Notes under the pieces: generated by a model
The model's database searches: none
Told to the model about the DNA's origin: nothing
The model's input: only the letters and a program-made list of their open reading frames with translations
From: a virus
DNA length: 64,000 bases
Virus record (IMG/VR): IMGVR_UViG_3300018428_005148
Location: 36,651 to 100,650 of that record
Direction: 5' to 3' (one strand)
Shown: piece after piece, positions 9,622 to 18,177 of the stretch
Layout: each line of letters begins with the position of its first letter
Position numbering within the stretch: the first letter of the stretch is position 1
Position numbers and translations under genes: made by a program

Positions 9622-10954
9622 GGTACCATTCTCCTATGATTGGGAAAGTCTTCTCGAAGTCCTTGCCCCTACGCTTGTCATACTGGCTGTAGAAAGCCTT
9701 GAAATCCTTCTGTAGTTTGCCCTGTTCGGCCGCGCCCGCATGCGGTGTCTTTACAACGTCAAGATAATCTATAAGCCTTTGTGTATGATTGATTTCCATT
9801 TGTTCCAAATATTTCTCATTTGTATTTAAAAATTTGGTAATGTCGGTCTTAAATTTTTCACGTAGATCGTCTGGTAGTACGAGCGGTGATTGGAAACTTG
9901 GGAATCTCAATATATTCAGGGTGTAGTTGATTGTTGGACCATACACCTTGCTGGCACTCTTGAACCATACTATCTTTTCCAGGAACTCTGGCAGTGACTC
10001 TAAACATAATGCGTTAATCGTGGCCATGTTGTGTATGGCCATCGGTACTTTGTTCGACATGAAATCCAACACGTTCTTGAACCAGTCTGTGTATATCAGG
10101 CCATCCCTTATGTACTCCGCTTGAGAGCCAACTGCTTCATTGGACGTGTACAATTCGAACTTTTTAAAATTTTTCAACTTGCTTTTGAATCTCTCTAATA
10201 TCTCGTGCTTTGCACCAAGGTTACTGTTGATTGCTATACGCATATCGGGATTCATTTTATCACCTTGCGTCTCTATCCAGTCCAGCAGTCTCCACAGGTT
10301 GGGTGACATCATTGGCTCACCACCGGTTATCCTTAACTCGTCCAGACTCTTGTGTAGGTCGGTCTCCCACCATCTGTAGAATGCCTCAACATATGGATTG
10401 GTCTCATCCTTCTTGTATGGTTCCGCTGAGTCGTGTGCGTGTGTGAAATGGTTCCTACCGTCTGATTCCAATCCGGTGTAAGGACCTTTCTGCTTGATAT
10501 CATTGGCCCAGGTAGTGCTGAACGCAGGATTGCAATAGGTACAGGCGAATTGACAGGTCCTATCAAACGCTATCTCCAACGTCTTCAAGTTGTAATCTTT
10601 ACTGTGATCGTTATCAAATGCTGTTTGTAAATCACTGTTGGTAAAAATTTTGCTCTTATAAACCCTGTCACTGATGTTGTCCCTGTTGATGTCCTCTATC
10701 TTCCAACAGTACTCACAGCCTGCCGGCCTCTCGCCACACTGCATCTGTCTTCTCTGTTCCTTTTTTTGACGTGTGTTGTGGATTGCACTGGGATTGGCTT
10801 TGATTTCTACTAGGTCTATCTTATGTGGCAATGGGTGGTGGCAACTTGTGGTCATGCCTGATCCCAACCATATGGTTGCGTTGTACCACTTGGCTCCGCA
10901 GAAGCTCGCGGATTTGGTGTCCAGTATCTGTTTCTTGTATTCTAGGTCGTCCAT
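9611..10954 (-). CDS. Radical SAM protein (second subfamily)
   Basis: CQFACTYC, ITGGEP; N-terminal CGAKW...SCHHP...GCEYCW. Start probably at MDDLEY (10954). Confidence 0.9.
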   Translation of the reverse strand: MDDLEYKKQILDTKSASFCGAKWYNATIWLGSGMTTSCHHPLPHKIDLVEIKANPSAIHNTRQKKEQRRQMQCGERPAGCEYCWKIEDINRDNISDRVYKSKIFTNSDLQTAFDNDHSKDYNLKTLEIAFDRTCQFACTYCNPAFSTTWANDIKQKGPYTGLESDGRNHFTHAHDSAEPYKKDETNPYVEAFYRWWETDLHKSLDELRITGGEPMMSPNLWRLLDWIETQGDKMNPDMRIAINSNLGAKHEILERFKSKLKNFKKFELYTSNEAVGSQAEYIRDGLIYTDWFKNVLDFMSNKVPMAIHNMATINALCLESLPEFLEKIVWFKSASKVYGPTINYTLNILRFPSFQSPLVLPDDLREKFKTDITKFLNTNEKYLEQMEINHTQRLIDYLDVVKTPHAGAAEQGKLQKDFKAFYSQYDKRRGKDFEKTFPIIGEWYRGI

Positions 10955-12321
10955 GTGTTCTTGCACTCCTCCCAAAATTCCAACATCTCAGGGAACGTGT
11001 TCTCAAAGTTAGTTAAGCGCCTGCGATCGTGTTCGTTAAAAAATGCGTAAAAGTTCTTTTTCAGAGATGCGCTCGCATCAGCGTTTTCGCGCCAGTAGGC
11101 GAGATTGCGTCGCATCTTTTGGATCTCGAAGTCCTTGAATATGTGTAGCCCGCTCGACTCGCCGGAGTTCTCCTCCATGTATTGTATGTTCGCCTCGTGT
11201 ATGCTCTGGTACGACTCGGGCAACATGGTTATCTGTTGCCACGCGGGTTGTCTCAGCAAGGGCACGTCGAACCACACACGCTGGTAGTCCTTTGAATATC
11301 TCTTACGCAGGTCCAGTATGCGCTCCAGCAGTTTGTCCATGCTGGTGACACTGAGGTTGTTGTAGGTTATGATGAATGTCACTGAATTCCTGTGTGGTAT
11401 GCGCTCCAGGAACTCCTCCACGTTCGCCATCATGCGATCGAATTCCAGTCCGTTGCGTATGTACTCCGCCCGCTTGCCGAACGCATCCACGCTGACGAAC
11501 TGCATCACGTGTTCCACCTTCTGCTGTAGGCATATCTGCTGTAGCATGTTGAAGTACTTGGTCTTCAACTTGGGGTCCGGTGGACAGAAGTTGCTGGTTA
11601 TGTTCAGGTGCAGGTCATCCTTGGGGTGATCGATGATGTACTGGAACACTCTGTAGGTGTTGGGATCCATCATGGGCTCTCCGCCCGTCATCCTGAAGTG
11701 CTTGAGGTTCTTGTACAGCGTGGGCCACCATTCCCAGAACGCCTTCACGTATGGGTTATCCTCGCGGTTTGGTATGGGACGCCTCCTGCCCTGGAAGTGC
11801 TCGGGTGCGTTGTGGGGAGGGGTGGTCGGATATTGGTCATAGCGATCCACCTCCTTGCCCCACGTGGTCGAGAACTGTGGTGAACAATAACTGCACTTGA
11901 AGTTACAAGCGTGGTTGAAGTTTACCTCCACGTATCTCGGCGTCCAATCCGCCTTCATTGGATTCTGTCTTATCTGTTCGAAGTCCTGCATGGCCCAAGG
12001 TTCACCAGAACGGTAGTGCCTGTCCGACATCTCGCCCGTGTCCTCCAGTTTCCAGCAGTAACTACAGCCCTTGGGACGCTCGCCCTTCAGCATCTGCTCA
12101 CGCTGTCGCAGTTTCTCCTTGGTGTTGTGCAGTGCGGCTGGATTGTGTTTCAGTTGTTCGGCATCTATCTCGTGCAGGGGCGGGTGGTAGCAACTGTTGG
12201 TGAGACCCGTGGGCAGATGCAGGCTCACCTGGTTCCACTTGGCCAGGCACATGGTGGGAGAAATCGTCTCCAGTTTGTGCCTTGCGTGTTCCGCCTGTGA
12301 CTTGTAATCGCTAGTGCTCAC
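10942..12321 (-). CDS. Radical SAM protein (second subfamily)
   Basis: CNFKCSYC, MTGGEP; N-terminal CLAKW...SCYHP...GCSYCW. Confidence 0.9.
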   Translation of the reverse strand: MSTSDYKSQAEHARHKLETISPTMCLAKWNQVSLHLPTGLTNSCYHPPLHEIDAEQLKHNPAALHNTKEKLRQREQMLKGERPKGCSYCWKLEDTGEMSDRHYRSGEPWAMQDFEQIRQNPMKADWTPRYVEVNFNHACNFKCSYCSPQFSTTWGKEVDRYDQYPTTPPHNAPEHFQGRRRPIPNREDNPYVKAFWEWWPTLYKNLKHFRMTGGEPMMDPNTYRVFQYIIDHPKDDLHLNITSNFCPPDPKLKTKYFNMLQQICLQQKVEHVMQFVSVDAFGKRAEYIRNGLEFDRMMANVEEFLERIPHRNSVTFIITYNNLSVTSMDKLLERILDLRKRYSKDYQRVWFDVPLLRQPAWQQITMLPESYQSIHEANIQYMEENSGESSGLHIFKDFEIQKMRRNLAYWRENADASASLKKNFYAFFNEHDRRRLTNFENTFPEMLEFWEECKNTWTT

Positions 12322-13207
12322 GGTCCTGTACTCCTCTGTTCACGTGTGCCGGCATCACAAACCTGTAGAACCTGCTGTCCGCCTCGTCGAAATCCGCTAT
12401 GGGCATGTCCAACTGCTGTCGTAGGCTGTTGCCCCACATCTCAAGCTCTCTGTCTATGTTGGCAGGTTGCACCGCGGAATGGAAATAGTCCGCCATGCTG
12501 TTGAGGTCCGTCACGTCGAATTCCTCGTTCTTGTGATCTATCACTGTGTAGAAACTGCCCATCCTGGCACCCAGCATGGCGAACTTGCCGTGCTCCACGT
12601 CGGCACCAACCGTGCACCACGTGGTCAGTATGCGTAGGTTTGTGGGCCAAATGGATGAAAAATGTTCTGGTGAAATTGCCTTGCCCTTGTCGGTGCTCAT
12701 CTTGACTCCCTCACGGAAACCAGCCACAAACGCCTGTTGGGCAGTGCTGTTTATCACTGTCTCCGAGTAGCAGTTGTGTAGGTTTTCATGGGGTACACCC
12801 CAGCAGAAATCTATCCTATTCTTGTCGTCGTCGGCGTTCTCGTGTGTCCTCATCTCGAGGCAAGTCTTTTTGGGCCATCCCACCACACCACCGTTGCCAT
12901 ACACGAGCCCGTTGACACTGTTCCGGGCACGCCATCTGTGCACCTTATTCTTGTCTGTCTTTGACCAGTCCAGGGTCTGCAACAGGAAACTCTCGTCCAA
13001 TATGTTGTCACCGTCTACGCTGATGAAGAAATCAGTTTCCGCCATCTCGGCGGCCGCCTTGTGTGCCGAGTCGAACCCCACTACCCCGTCCACTCGCTTT
13101 GCCCATGGCACCTTGTTCTTGAGGTCGGCCCAGTTCTGTTCCTTGTTCGGCTCTTTGAAACTGATGTAAACAAAGTCAAGGTCGTTCACTCTCACTTTTT
13201 CTGCCAT
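12311..13207 (-). CDS. Glycosyltransferase-like protein (GT-A-like)
   Basis: DFVYISFKEP, AHKAAA, FFISVDGDN (DxD), YGNGGV. Start at MAEK with an AGGGGG RBS. Confidence 0.6.
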   Translation of the reverse strand: MAEKVRVNDLDFVYISFKEPNKEQNWADLKNKVPWAKRVDGVVGFDSAHKAAAEMAETDFFISVDGDNILDESFLLQTLDWSKTDKNKVHRWRARNSVNGLVYGNGGVVGWPKKTCLEMRTHENADDDKNRIDFCWGVPHENLHNCYSETVINSTAQQAFVAGFREGVKMSTDKGKAISPEHFSSIWPTNLRILTTWCTVGADVEHGKFAMLGARMGSFYTVIDHKNEEFDVTDLNSMADYFHSAVQPANIDRELEMWGNSLRQQLDMPIADFDEADSRFYRFVMPAHVNRGVQDREH

Positions 13208-13470
13208 GAGTGTCCCCCTTGTACCACGCCGTTGGGCCAATGTATGTCATTGTCCTGAAATGCGTAACCTTTCTGTGATTTGACCAGGCAGTTATAGAGA
13301 AGTTTTGTGTTGGCTGGCCTATAAACTGCTTTGCCCCCTTCGATTACGTAGTTGTGCTCTCCCCTCTGTATCGCCAACAACTTCTCTTTCAATGAAACCT
13401 CAAATTGTTTGCCTTGCACTGTGACAAAATGTTTTTTGGCAGGACGTGGAGGTAGCAGGTCAAATTTCAT
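13192..13470 (-). CDS. Hypothetical protein
   Basis: 92-aa ORF overlapping both neighbours in the operon. Confidence 0.6.
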   Translation of the reverse strand: MKFDLLPPRPAKKHFVTVQGKQFEVSLKEKLLAIQRGEHNYVIEGGKAVYRPANTKLLYNCLVKSQKGYAFQDNDIHWPNGVVQGGHSWQKK

Positions 13471-14254
13471 GTACTTCTATGTCCTTTTTTACGTAATGCC
13501 ACGGCCGTGAAACACGTTGCTCACCGAGATACAGGTGTCTTCCTGCCCTGTTGGGCATGAGATATTTGATGTGATCAGACTGTTTTTCAAGATTGTTCAC
13601 TGCTGGTTTGTTATGGATGAACTTGAACCATTCGTAGTCTATCAATTTTTGGCTTGTTGGATCTATTATCCTGTACGCTAGAGCAAACACAACATCTGTG
13701 CTTGGAAACTCGTCGTGACAGTTGATCAGCATTGTTTTCCTGACATCTTCCCAATTTTCTGCCACATAACTTGCAGTATTGAAGAACTTCTGAGCCCAGC
13801 GGCTTTTCCTGAAGTACATCAAACCGTTGTAAATGTTTGGCAAGTTGTTCCTTGCGAAAAGTTTTCTATATGGAGTGTGCTTGACCACCTGGTCCTTGTA
13901 ATTTCTACAATTGACTGCAAACACCAAATCGTGTTGCCAAAGATGATTCCACCACCAATCCGTGTTGCAAGTCCACAGCATGTCACTCTCTAACTTTATG
14001 GTATGGGTGAAAGGGCTGAGGGAAAACGCTTTGTATTCATTGGCCCACTTGATCTTGTGGTTCTCACTGCTGTCTTTTTTAAGTATCTTTACGTAGTCAA
14101 CTGCATCGTGCGTGAACTTGCTGTGTTCGTCAGTGACTACGCATATCTGGTTTTCCTTGTTCCATGACTTGATGCTTTCGGCCAATCTGATACTAATCTC
14201 CACGTAGTTGGTCTTGTCATTGTTCTGTGCGAACCATAGGAAACCTTTAGACAT
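13460..14254 (-). CDS. Glycosyltransferase-like protein (GT8-like)
   Basis: KGFLWFAQN, LAESIK, SPFTHTIKLESD, YNGLMYF, TDVVFALA. Paralogue of the next gene. Confidence 0.6.
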   Translation of the reverse strand: MSKGFLWFAQNNDKTNYVEISIRLAESIKSWNKENQICVVTDEHSKFTHDAVDYVKILKKDSSENHKIKWANEYKAFSLSPFTHTIKLESDMLWTCNTDWWWNHLWQHDLVFAVNCRNYKDQVVKHTPYRKLFARNNLPNIYNGLMYFRKSRWAQKFFNTASYVAENWEDVRKTMLINCHDEFPSTDVVFALAYRIIDPTSQKLIDYEWFKFIHNKPAVNNLEKQSDHIKYLMPNRAGRHLYLGEQRVSRPWHYVKKDIEVHEI

Positions 14255-14993
14255 CGATCTCCTTGTTGAGCACATGCACGTCTTGGTCCTCCGTGAACAT
14301 TACCTGGTCATCATATTTCCACGACAATCCTCTGTCACCTATTTCAAGCACCTTGCAATCTGGTGGAAGAGTTGGCAATGATATTGGCATGGTGTCATAC
14401 GTCATAAAACCATTGGCGTGTTGCAGAGCTATTGCAAATGCGTAGTCGTTACGAAAGTTCAAGGCCCTTACCCTGTAAAGTTTATTGAAGTGTGCATAGT
14501 ATTTTTTTACATACTTCACCATGTCGAATATCCTTTTTGCTTTCTCAGTCTTTCTAAAAATTATAACAGTTGCCCAGACCATATCAATCACGCTGAAACG
14601 TGCATGGTCAAAACTGTTTCTTCCTGATAGGTCGTACGCTTCTTTCGACACAAGGAAGTCATAGCCTGTGTCCATAAGTTGTCTCAGGTTGTCAGTGAAA
14701 GGGAAGTAGTCTATGTCGATCAATAGTGTGCAATCATACGGTGAAAGTTCATAGGCCATGTGCCTATCAAGGTTTCGCCATTCTTTTTTGTTCTTCGTGT
14801 TGCCCAGTTCGGGGTCGATTAATTTATAATTAACGAATCCCAATGGCTTAATCATCTTGAAGGTTTGCAGGTCAGTCACTACTGTGACATCCAGGCCAAG
14901 ATTTTTCTTTACAAGTGCAACACATGTCTCCAACACCCTGTGGTATTTGGTGTCTGCCGTGTCAAAACAGAATAAAAGTACACCCTTCTGCAT
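14247..14993 (-). CDS. Glycosyltransferase-like protein (GT8-like)
   Basis: KGVLLFCF, SPYDCTLLIDID (DxD), WATVIIF, RNDYAFAIA, HVLNK. Confidence 0.62.
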   Translation of the reverse strand: MQKGVLLFCFDTADTKYHRVLETCVALVKKNLGLDVTVVTDLQTFKMIKPLGFVNYKLIDPELGNTKNKKEWRNLDRHMAYELSPYDCTLLIDIDYFPFTDNLRQLMDTGYDFLVSKEAYDLSGRNSFDHARFSVIDMVWATVIIFRKTEKAKRIFDMVKYVKKYYAHFNKLYRVRALNFRNDYAFAIALQHANGFMTYDTMPISLPTLPPDCKVLEIGDRGLSWKYDDQVMFTEDQDVHVLNKEIDV

Positions 14994-15310
14994 CAGTCAC
15001 TCCGCTTCTCAAATGTTTTAGACATCTGATGATACGAACTGATTGCTTCTTGGTTCCTCTCAGTCAACTTTTTGAGAAATTGCTCTGGATCTTTGATCTC
15101 AACAGGATTGTTATTCGAGTCAAGCACAAAAAACTGGTCGTGATCATCTGCAAGAGTCTTGACCAGGCAGATTGTTTCTGCGTCTGCTTTGAATATGTGT
15201 TCGTTGTATACAACTATCATCCGCGAGTGTGCCTTCTCCAGAGCGTTGCGTTTGGCAACCGCTATGTTGTATGAAAGATCAGATTGTTTTTTTAGTTCGC
15301 CAATATCCAT
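14993..15310 (-). CDS. Hypothetical protein (possible fibre-associated chaperone)
   Basis: ORF lies between a fibre gene and the GT genes; contains VLDSNNNPVEI. Confidence 0.6.
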   Translation of the reverse strand: MDIGELKKQSDLSYNIAVAKRNALEKAHSRMIVVYNEHIFKADAETICLVKTLADDHDQFFVLDSNNNPVEIKDPEQFLKKLTERNQEAISSYHQMSKTFEKRSD

Positions 15311-15358
15311 GCCACAATTATACAATAATTATGGTGGTAAAACAACCTGGTAAAATTA

Positions 15359-16321
15359 TTATACTATTGTGTTAGATACCGTGTCTGTTGAACTCGGCGC
15401 CAGTCCTGTGCCCAATCCCTGTGATGTGTCTGGATCTATCGAGAACAGAGTGGTCACCATCTTAGGTGTGTTCTTGACGTCTGCGGGAACGCTCTGAGTG
15501 TTGCCTGACGTGAACCCAGTATCATTCGCCGGGTCCGTGGCCACCATCTTGATGGTCATGGTCACTGATGAGTCAACTGCCGCGTCCAGTTTGGCAGATA
15601 TCTCCACCGTGTTTGACGTGTAGTCGGAGTTGTCTGAAGTCAGTTTCAATAATGCAGTGTATGAAGTTCCTAAATCACGGAAACCGTTCGCCAGACCGTC
15701 CGTGGTTAAAGTCTCGCCTGATCCCGATCTCGTGGTTGCCAAAGATGCGATGTCTAGGTTACCGATCGCTGTGCCTAAATCTGAGAATGCTGTGTCTTTG
15801 TCACTTGTAGAAGCGGCCGTTATGCCCACTGTCACTCTCAATTTTCCACCTGCATTGAAAAAATGTCTCATCGCGTCCGCACTTGCGAACGTGGCGGAAA
15901 CTTCCTGAGTGGCGGACGTGTCCCAGCCCTCTGAGGCCGTGGTCACTGTCTGTAGTGCCGATGAAGTTGTAAGTGCTGTCGCCGATGTTGAACCGCCGGC
16001 TACTGAAGTTGCTAGAGTGGCAAGGTCTGTTGCCACAGCGGCTTTGATTGCTATCGTGTCGCCTGCTGAAACCTGTGTCCTTGATGTGATTGTGTCGTTT
16101 GTGTGATTAGCGATGTTGTCAATTCCTGTTAGTAGACTGTTCCATTGTGCGGCAGTGATTGTACTGCTACCGCCCGACACTGTTGCTATTTCTGTTTGGC
16201 CAAGTCCGTATTCTCCAGCACCTGTTCCAGCAATGTGATTATATCCGTAAGGACTCGTACTGCTGTTAACAAAAGTATTATATTCTGTTGCTAGAATTTT
16301 ATCACCTGCTGTATATGCCAT
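15359..16321 (-). CDS. Virion structural protein (fibre/baseplate-associated)
   Basis: T/S/A/G-rich; MAYTAGDKI, ITAAQWN, RHFFNAGG; structural context. Confidence 0.7.
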   Translation of the reverse strand: MAYTAGDKILATEYNTFVNSSTSPYGYNHIAGTGAGEYGLGQTEIATVSGGSSTITAAQWNSLLTGIDNIANHTNDTITSRTQVSAGDTIAIKAAVATDLATLATSVAGGSTSATALTTSSALQTVTTASEGWDTSATQEVSATFASADAMRHFFNAGGKLRVTVGITAASTSDKDTAFSDLGTAIGNLDIASLATTRSGSGETLTTDGLANGFRDLGTSYTALLKLTSDNSDYTSNTVEISAKLDAAVDSSVTMTIKMVATDPANDTGFTSGNTQSVPADVKNTPKMVTTLFSIDPDTSQGLGTGLAPSSTDTVSNTIV

Positions 16322-16324
16322 AAT

Positions 16325-17977
16325 CTATTTCACTCCTATCACGCACTCTGTAAGTGCTGTTTCTTTGCTGTATTTAGCCTTAATCAGTCGACCTATGGTG
16401 TTAAAAGCGGTGCACTCATCTAATTCAACCACCATTGCCTCTCCGTTTCCGGCAGAAACAAGCCTGCTTCCAGCGGCGCCTGTGCCAGTTACTTTGACAA
16501 AAACCCTGCCTTTTAAGGCTATCATGGGGTGTGTGCTGTCGTCACCTGCCTGTGCGTTCATTAGCACAGCGGGTTTTTCAGATACGACACCAAAAACCTT
16601 GTCCGACAGTGCTTCGTCACAGCGTGTAATTTCTTCTTGGCCACCCAATATTACTACATCTCCTTTTTCTAATGGCATGTCTGTGGCATATCTTTCCGCC
16701 AAATCCGCATACTGGGCCGATGTTGACGTTGCATGTACCACGTTTGCTCTGATATCCACCAACGTTGGTGCTTCCAATTCTGTGTCTGTCTCAGAACTCT
16801 TGAACGCTGTCCAGGCACCTCCAGCGTTTCCATGGATAGTGGTACCATCATCAGCAAAAGTTTCATCCCATACCCAATATAAATTTTGTTCTGTAGGGGA
16901 CGATGACTCTCCCCTGTTGACTTTGAGTCCGGTGTAGTTTGGCATACCCGCATTTGATGATATATTCCTGTTAAGTTCGATGATGTTGTCCTCAATGGTC
17001 ATTGTGGTTGTGTTGAAAATCGTCTGTGTGCCTTTGACCTGTAGATTTCCGTTAACCGTTAGGTCATTTATCGCTGTGTCACTGAATATAACCCTACCTG
17101 TGCTTCCTTGGATTGTTATAGGCGTTTTTGTTATTCCGCCATCATCAACCGTAAACAAGATGTCCTTGTCTTGAGTGGTCTGTGCGATAGTGAAGTTATC
17201 ACTTGACAGTGTCATTGTGACGTCATTACCAGCACCGATTCTCAAACCATCGTCGGTCTGTACGCTTAATCGACCTGTAGTTGTGTCAGCGGTGTCGGAC
17301 CTCAGATAGTTTGCGGCGGCAACTCCACCTAATGCGTCTGAATCTGTTGCTGTGCCTCTGAACTTTGCGGATGAAACTGTTGATGATAGTTGTAGTCCTT
17401 GTGCCACTGTAGAAAATCCTGCTGTGATAAGTGCGGCACCAAGAGTTTCAGTAGAGCTGGGAGTGAATGCTACGTTAGATACAACTCCCACCACTGTATC
17501 ATTAGTAACTAATTTTAAAATTGATTGCTTGACGCCCGTGTTGTCCTCCGGCGTCTCCGTGATTACCTGAGTAACGCCCGATCCAGCCACAGTCGTTGGA
17601 CCTATTAAGGTCCATGCAGTTCCAGTGTAAACATAGAGCTGGGTGTTTGAAGTATCAAACCACATGTCGCCTTGGACTGCGTTCGAAGGCTGACTTGCAG
17701 AGTTTGTTGGACCACCGGCAGGTTTCCATTTGTCACCTGTCCAGACATTAATTCTTTTATTCGTCTTGTCAAACCAAAGTTGTCCTTGTTGTTTGTTGCT
17801 GGGTGCTGACGTGTTGTTGAAATTTTCTAGTAATTTTAAAAAGTTTTCGTTTAATTTTTCTCCAAAACCTGCGTATCCTTTTCCGATGAGTGTAAGATCA
17901 GTAGTTGCAGTGTCTATGGTACCATCTGCAAGTGTGACCAGTAAGGTTCCAAATGTGTTGTTGATCTTATATGCCAT
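16325..17977 (-). CDS. Tail fibre-like protein with C-terminal YADLAE (autocleavage/chaperone-like) domain
   Basis: Shared N-terminus MAY...GKGYAGFGE..NENF.KLLEN...GQLWFD; C-terminal AQYADLAE, GVVSEKPA, ALKGRV. Confidence 0.75.
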   Translation of the reverse strand: MAYKINNTFGTLLVTLADGTIDTATTDLTLIGKGYAGFGEKLNENFLKLLENFNNTSAPSNKQQGQLWFDKTNKRINVWTGDKWKPAGGPTNSASQPSNAVQGDMWFDTSNTQLYVYTGTAWTLIGPTTVAGSGVTQVITETPEDNTGVKQSILKLVTNDTVVGVVSNVAFTPSSTETLGAALITAGFSTVAQGLQLSSTVSSAKFRGTATDSDALGGVAAANYLRSDTADTTTGRLSVQTDDGLRIGAGNDVTMTLSSDNFTIAQTTQDKDILFTVDDGGITKTPITIQGSTGRVIFSDTAINDLTVNGNLQVKGTQTIFNTTTMTIEDNIIELNRNISSNAGMPNYTGLKVNRGESSSPTEQNLYWVWDETFADDGTTIHGNAGGAWTAFKSSETDTELEAPTLVDIRANVVHATSTSAQYADLAERYATDMPLEKGDVVILGGQEEITRCDEALSDKVFGVVSEKPAVLMNAQAGDDSTHPMIALKGRVFVKVTGTGAAGSRLVSAGNGEAMVVELDECTAFNTIGRLIKAKYSKETALTECVIGVK

Positions 17978-17980
17978 TCT

Positions 17981-18157
17981 TTAGTTAGATCCGTTGTCTC
18001 TTACATTGACCAAGAAACTCACATCTCCTAAAAGTTTGATTAATATCTCTGCTACTTCAGGATTCATCTTTTGATCGATCTTTGCTATCTCTTCTTCGGT
18101 CAAAAGCGATGTTGCGTTAGCGTTGATGTAATCTGCTACTTCTTGTTTTGTTGCCAT
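17981..18157 (-). CDS. Small hypothetical protein (58 aa)
   Basis: Hand-translated: MATKQEVADYINANATSLLTEEEIAKIDQKMNPEVAEILIKLLGDVSFLVNVRDNGSN. AGGAG RBS and an upstream TAAATA. Confidence 0.7.
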   Translation of the reverse strand: MATKQEVADYINANATSLLTEEEIAKIDQKMNPEVAEILIKLLGDVSFLVNVRDNGSN

Positions 18158-18177
18158 TTTTACTCCTATGTGTGTAT

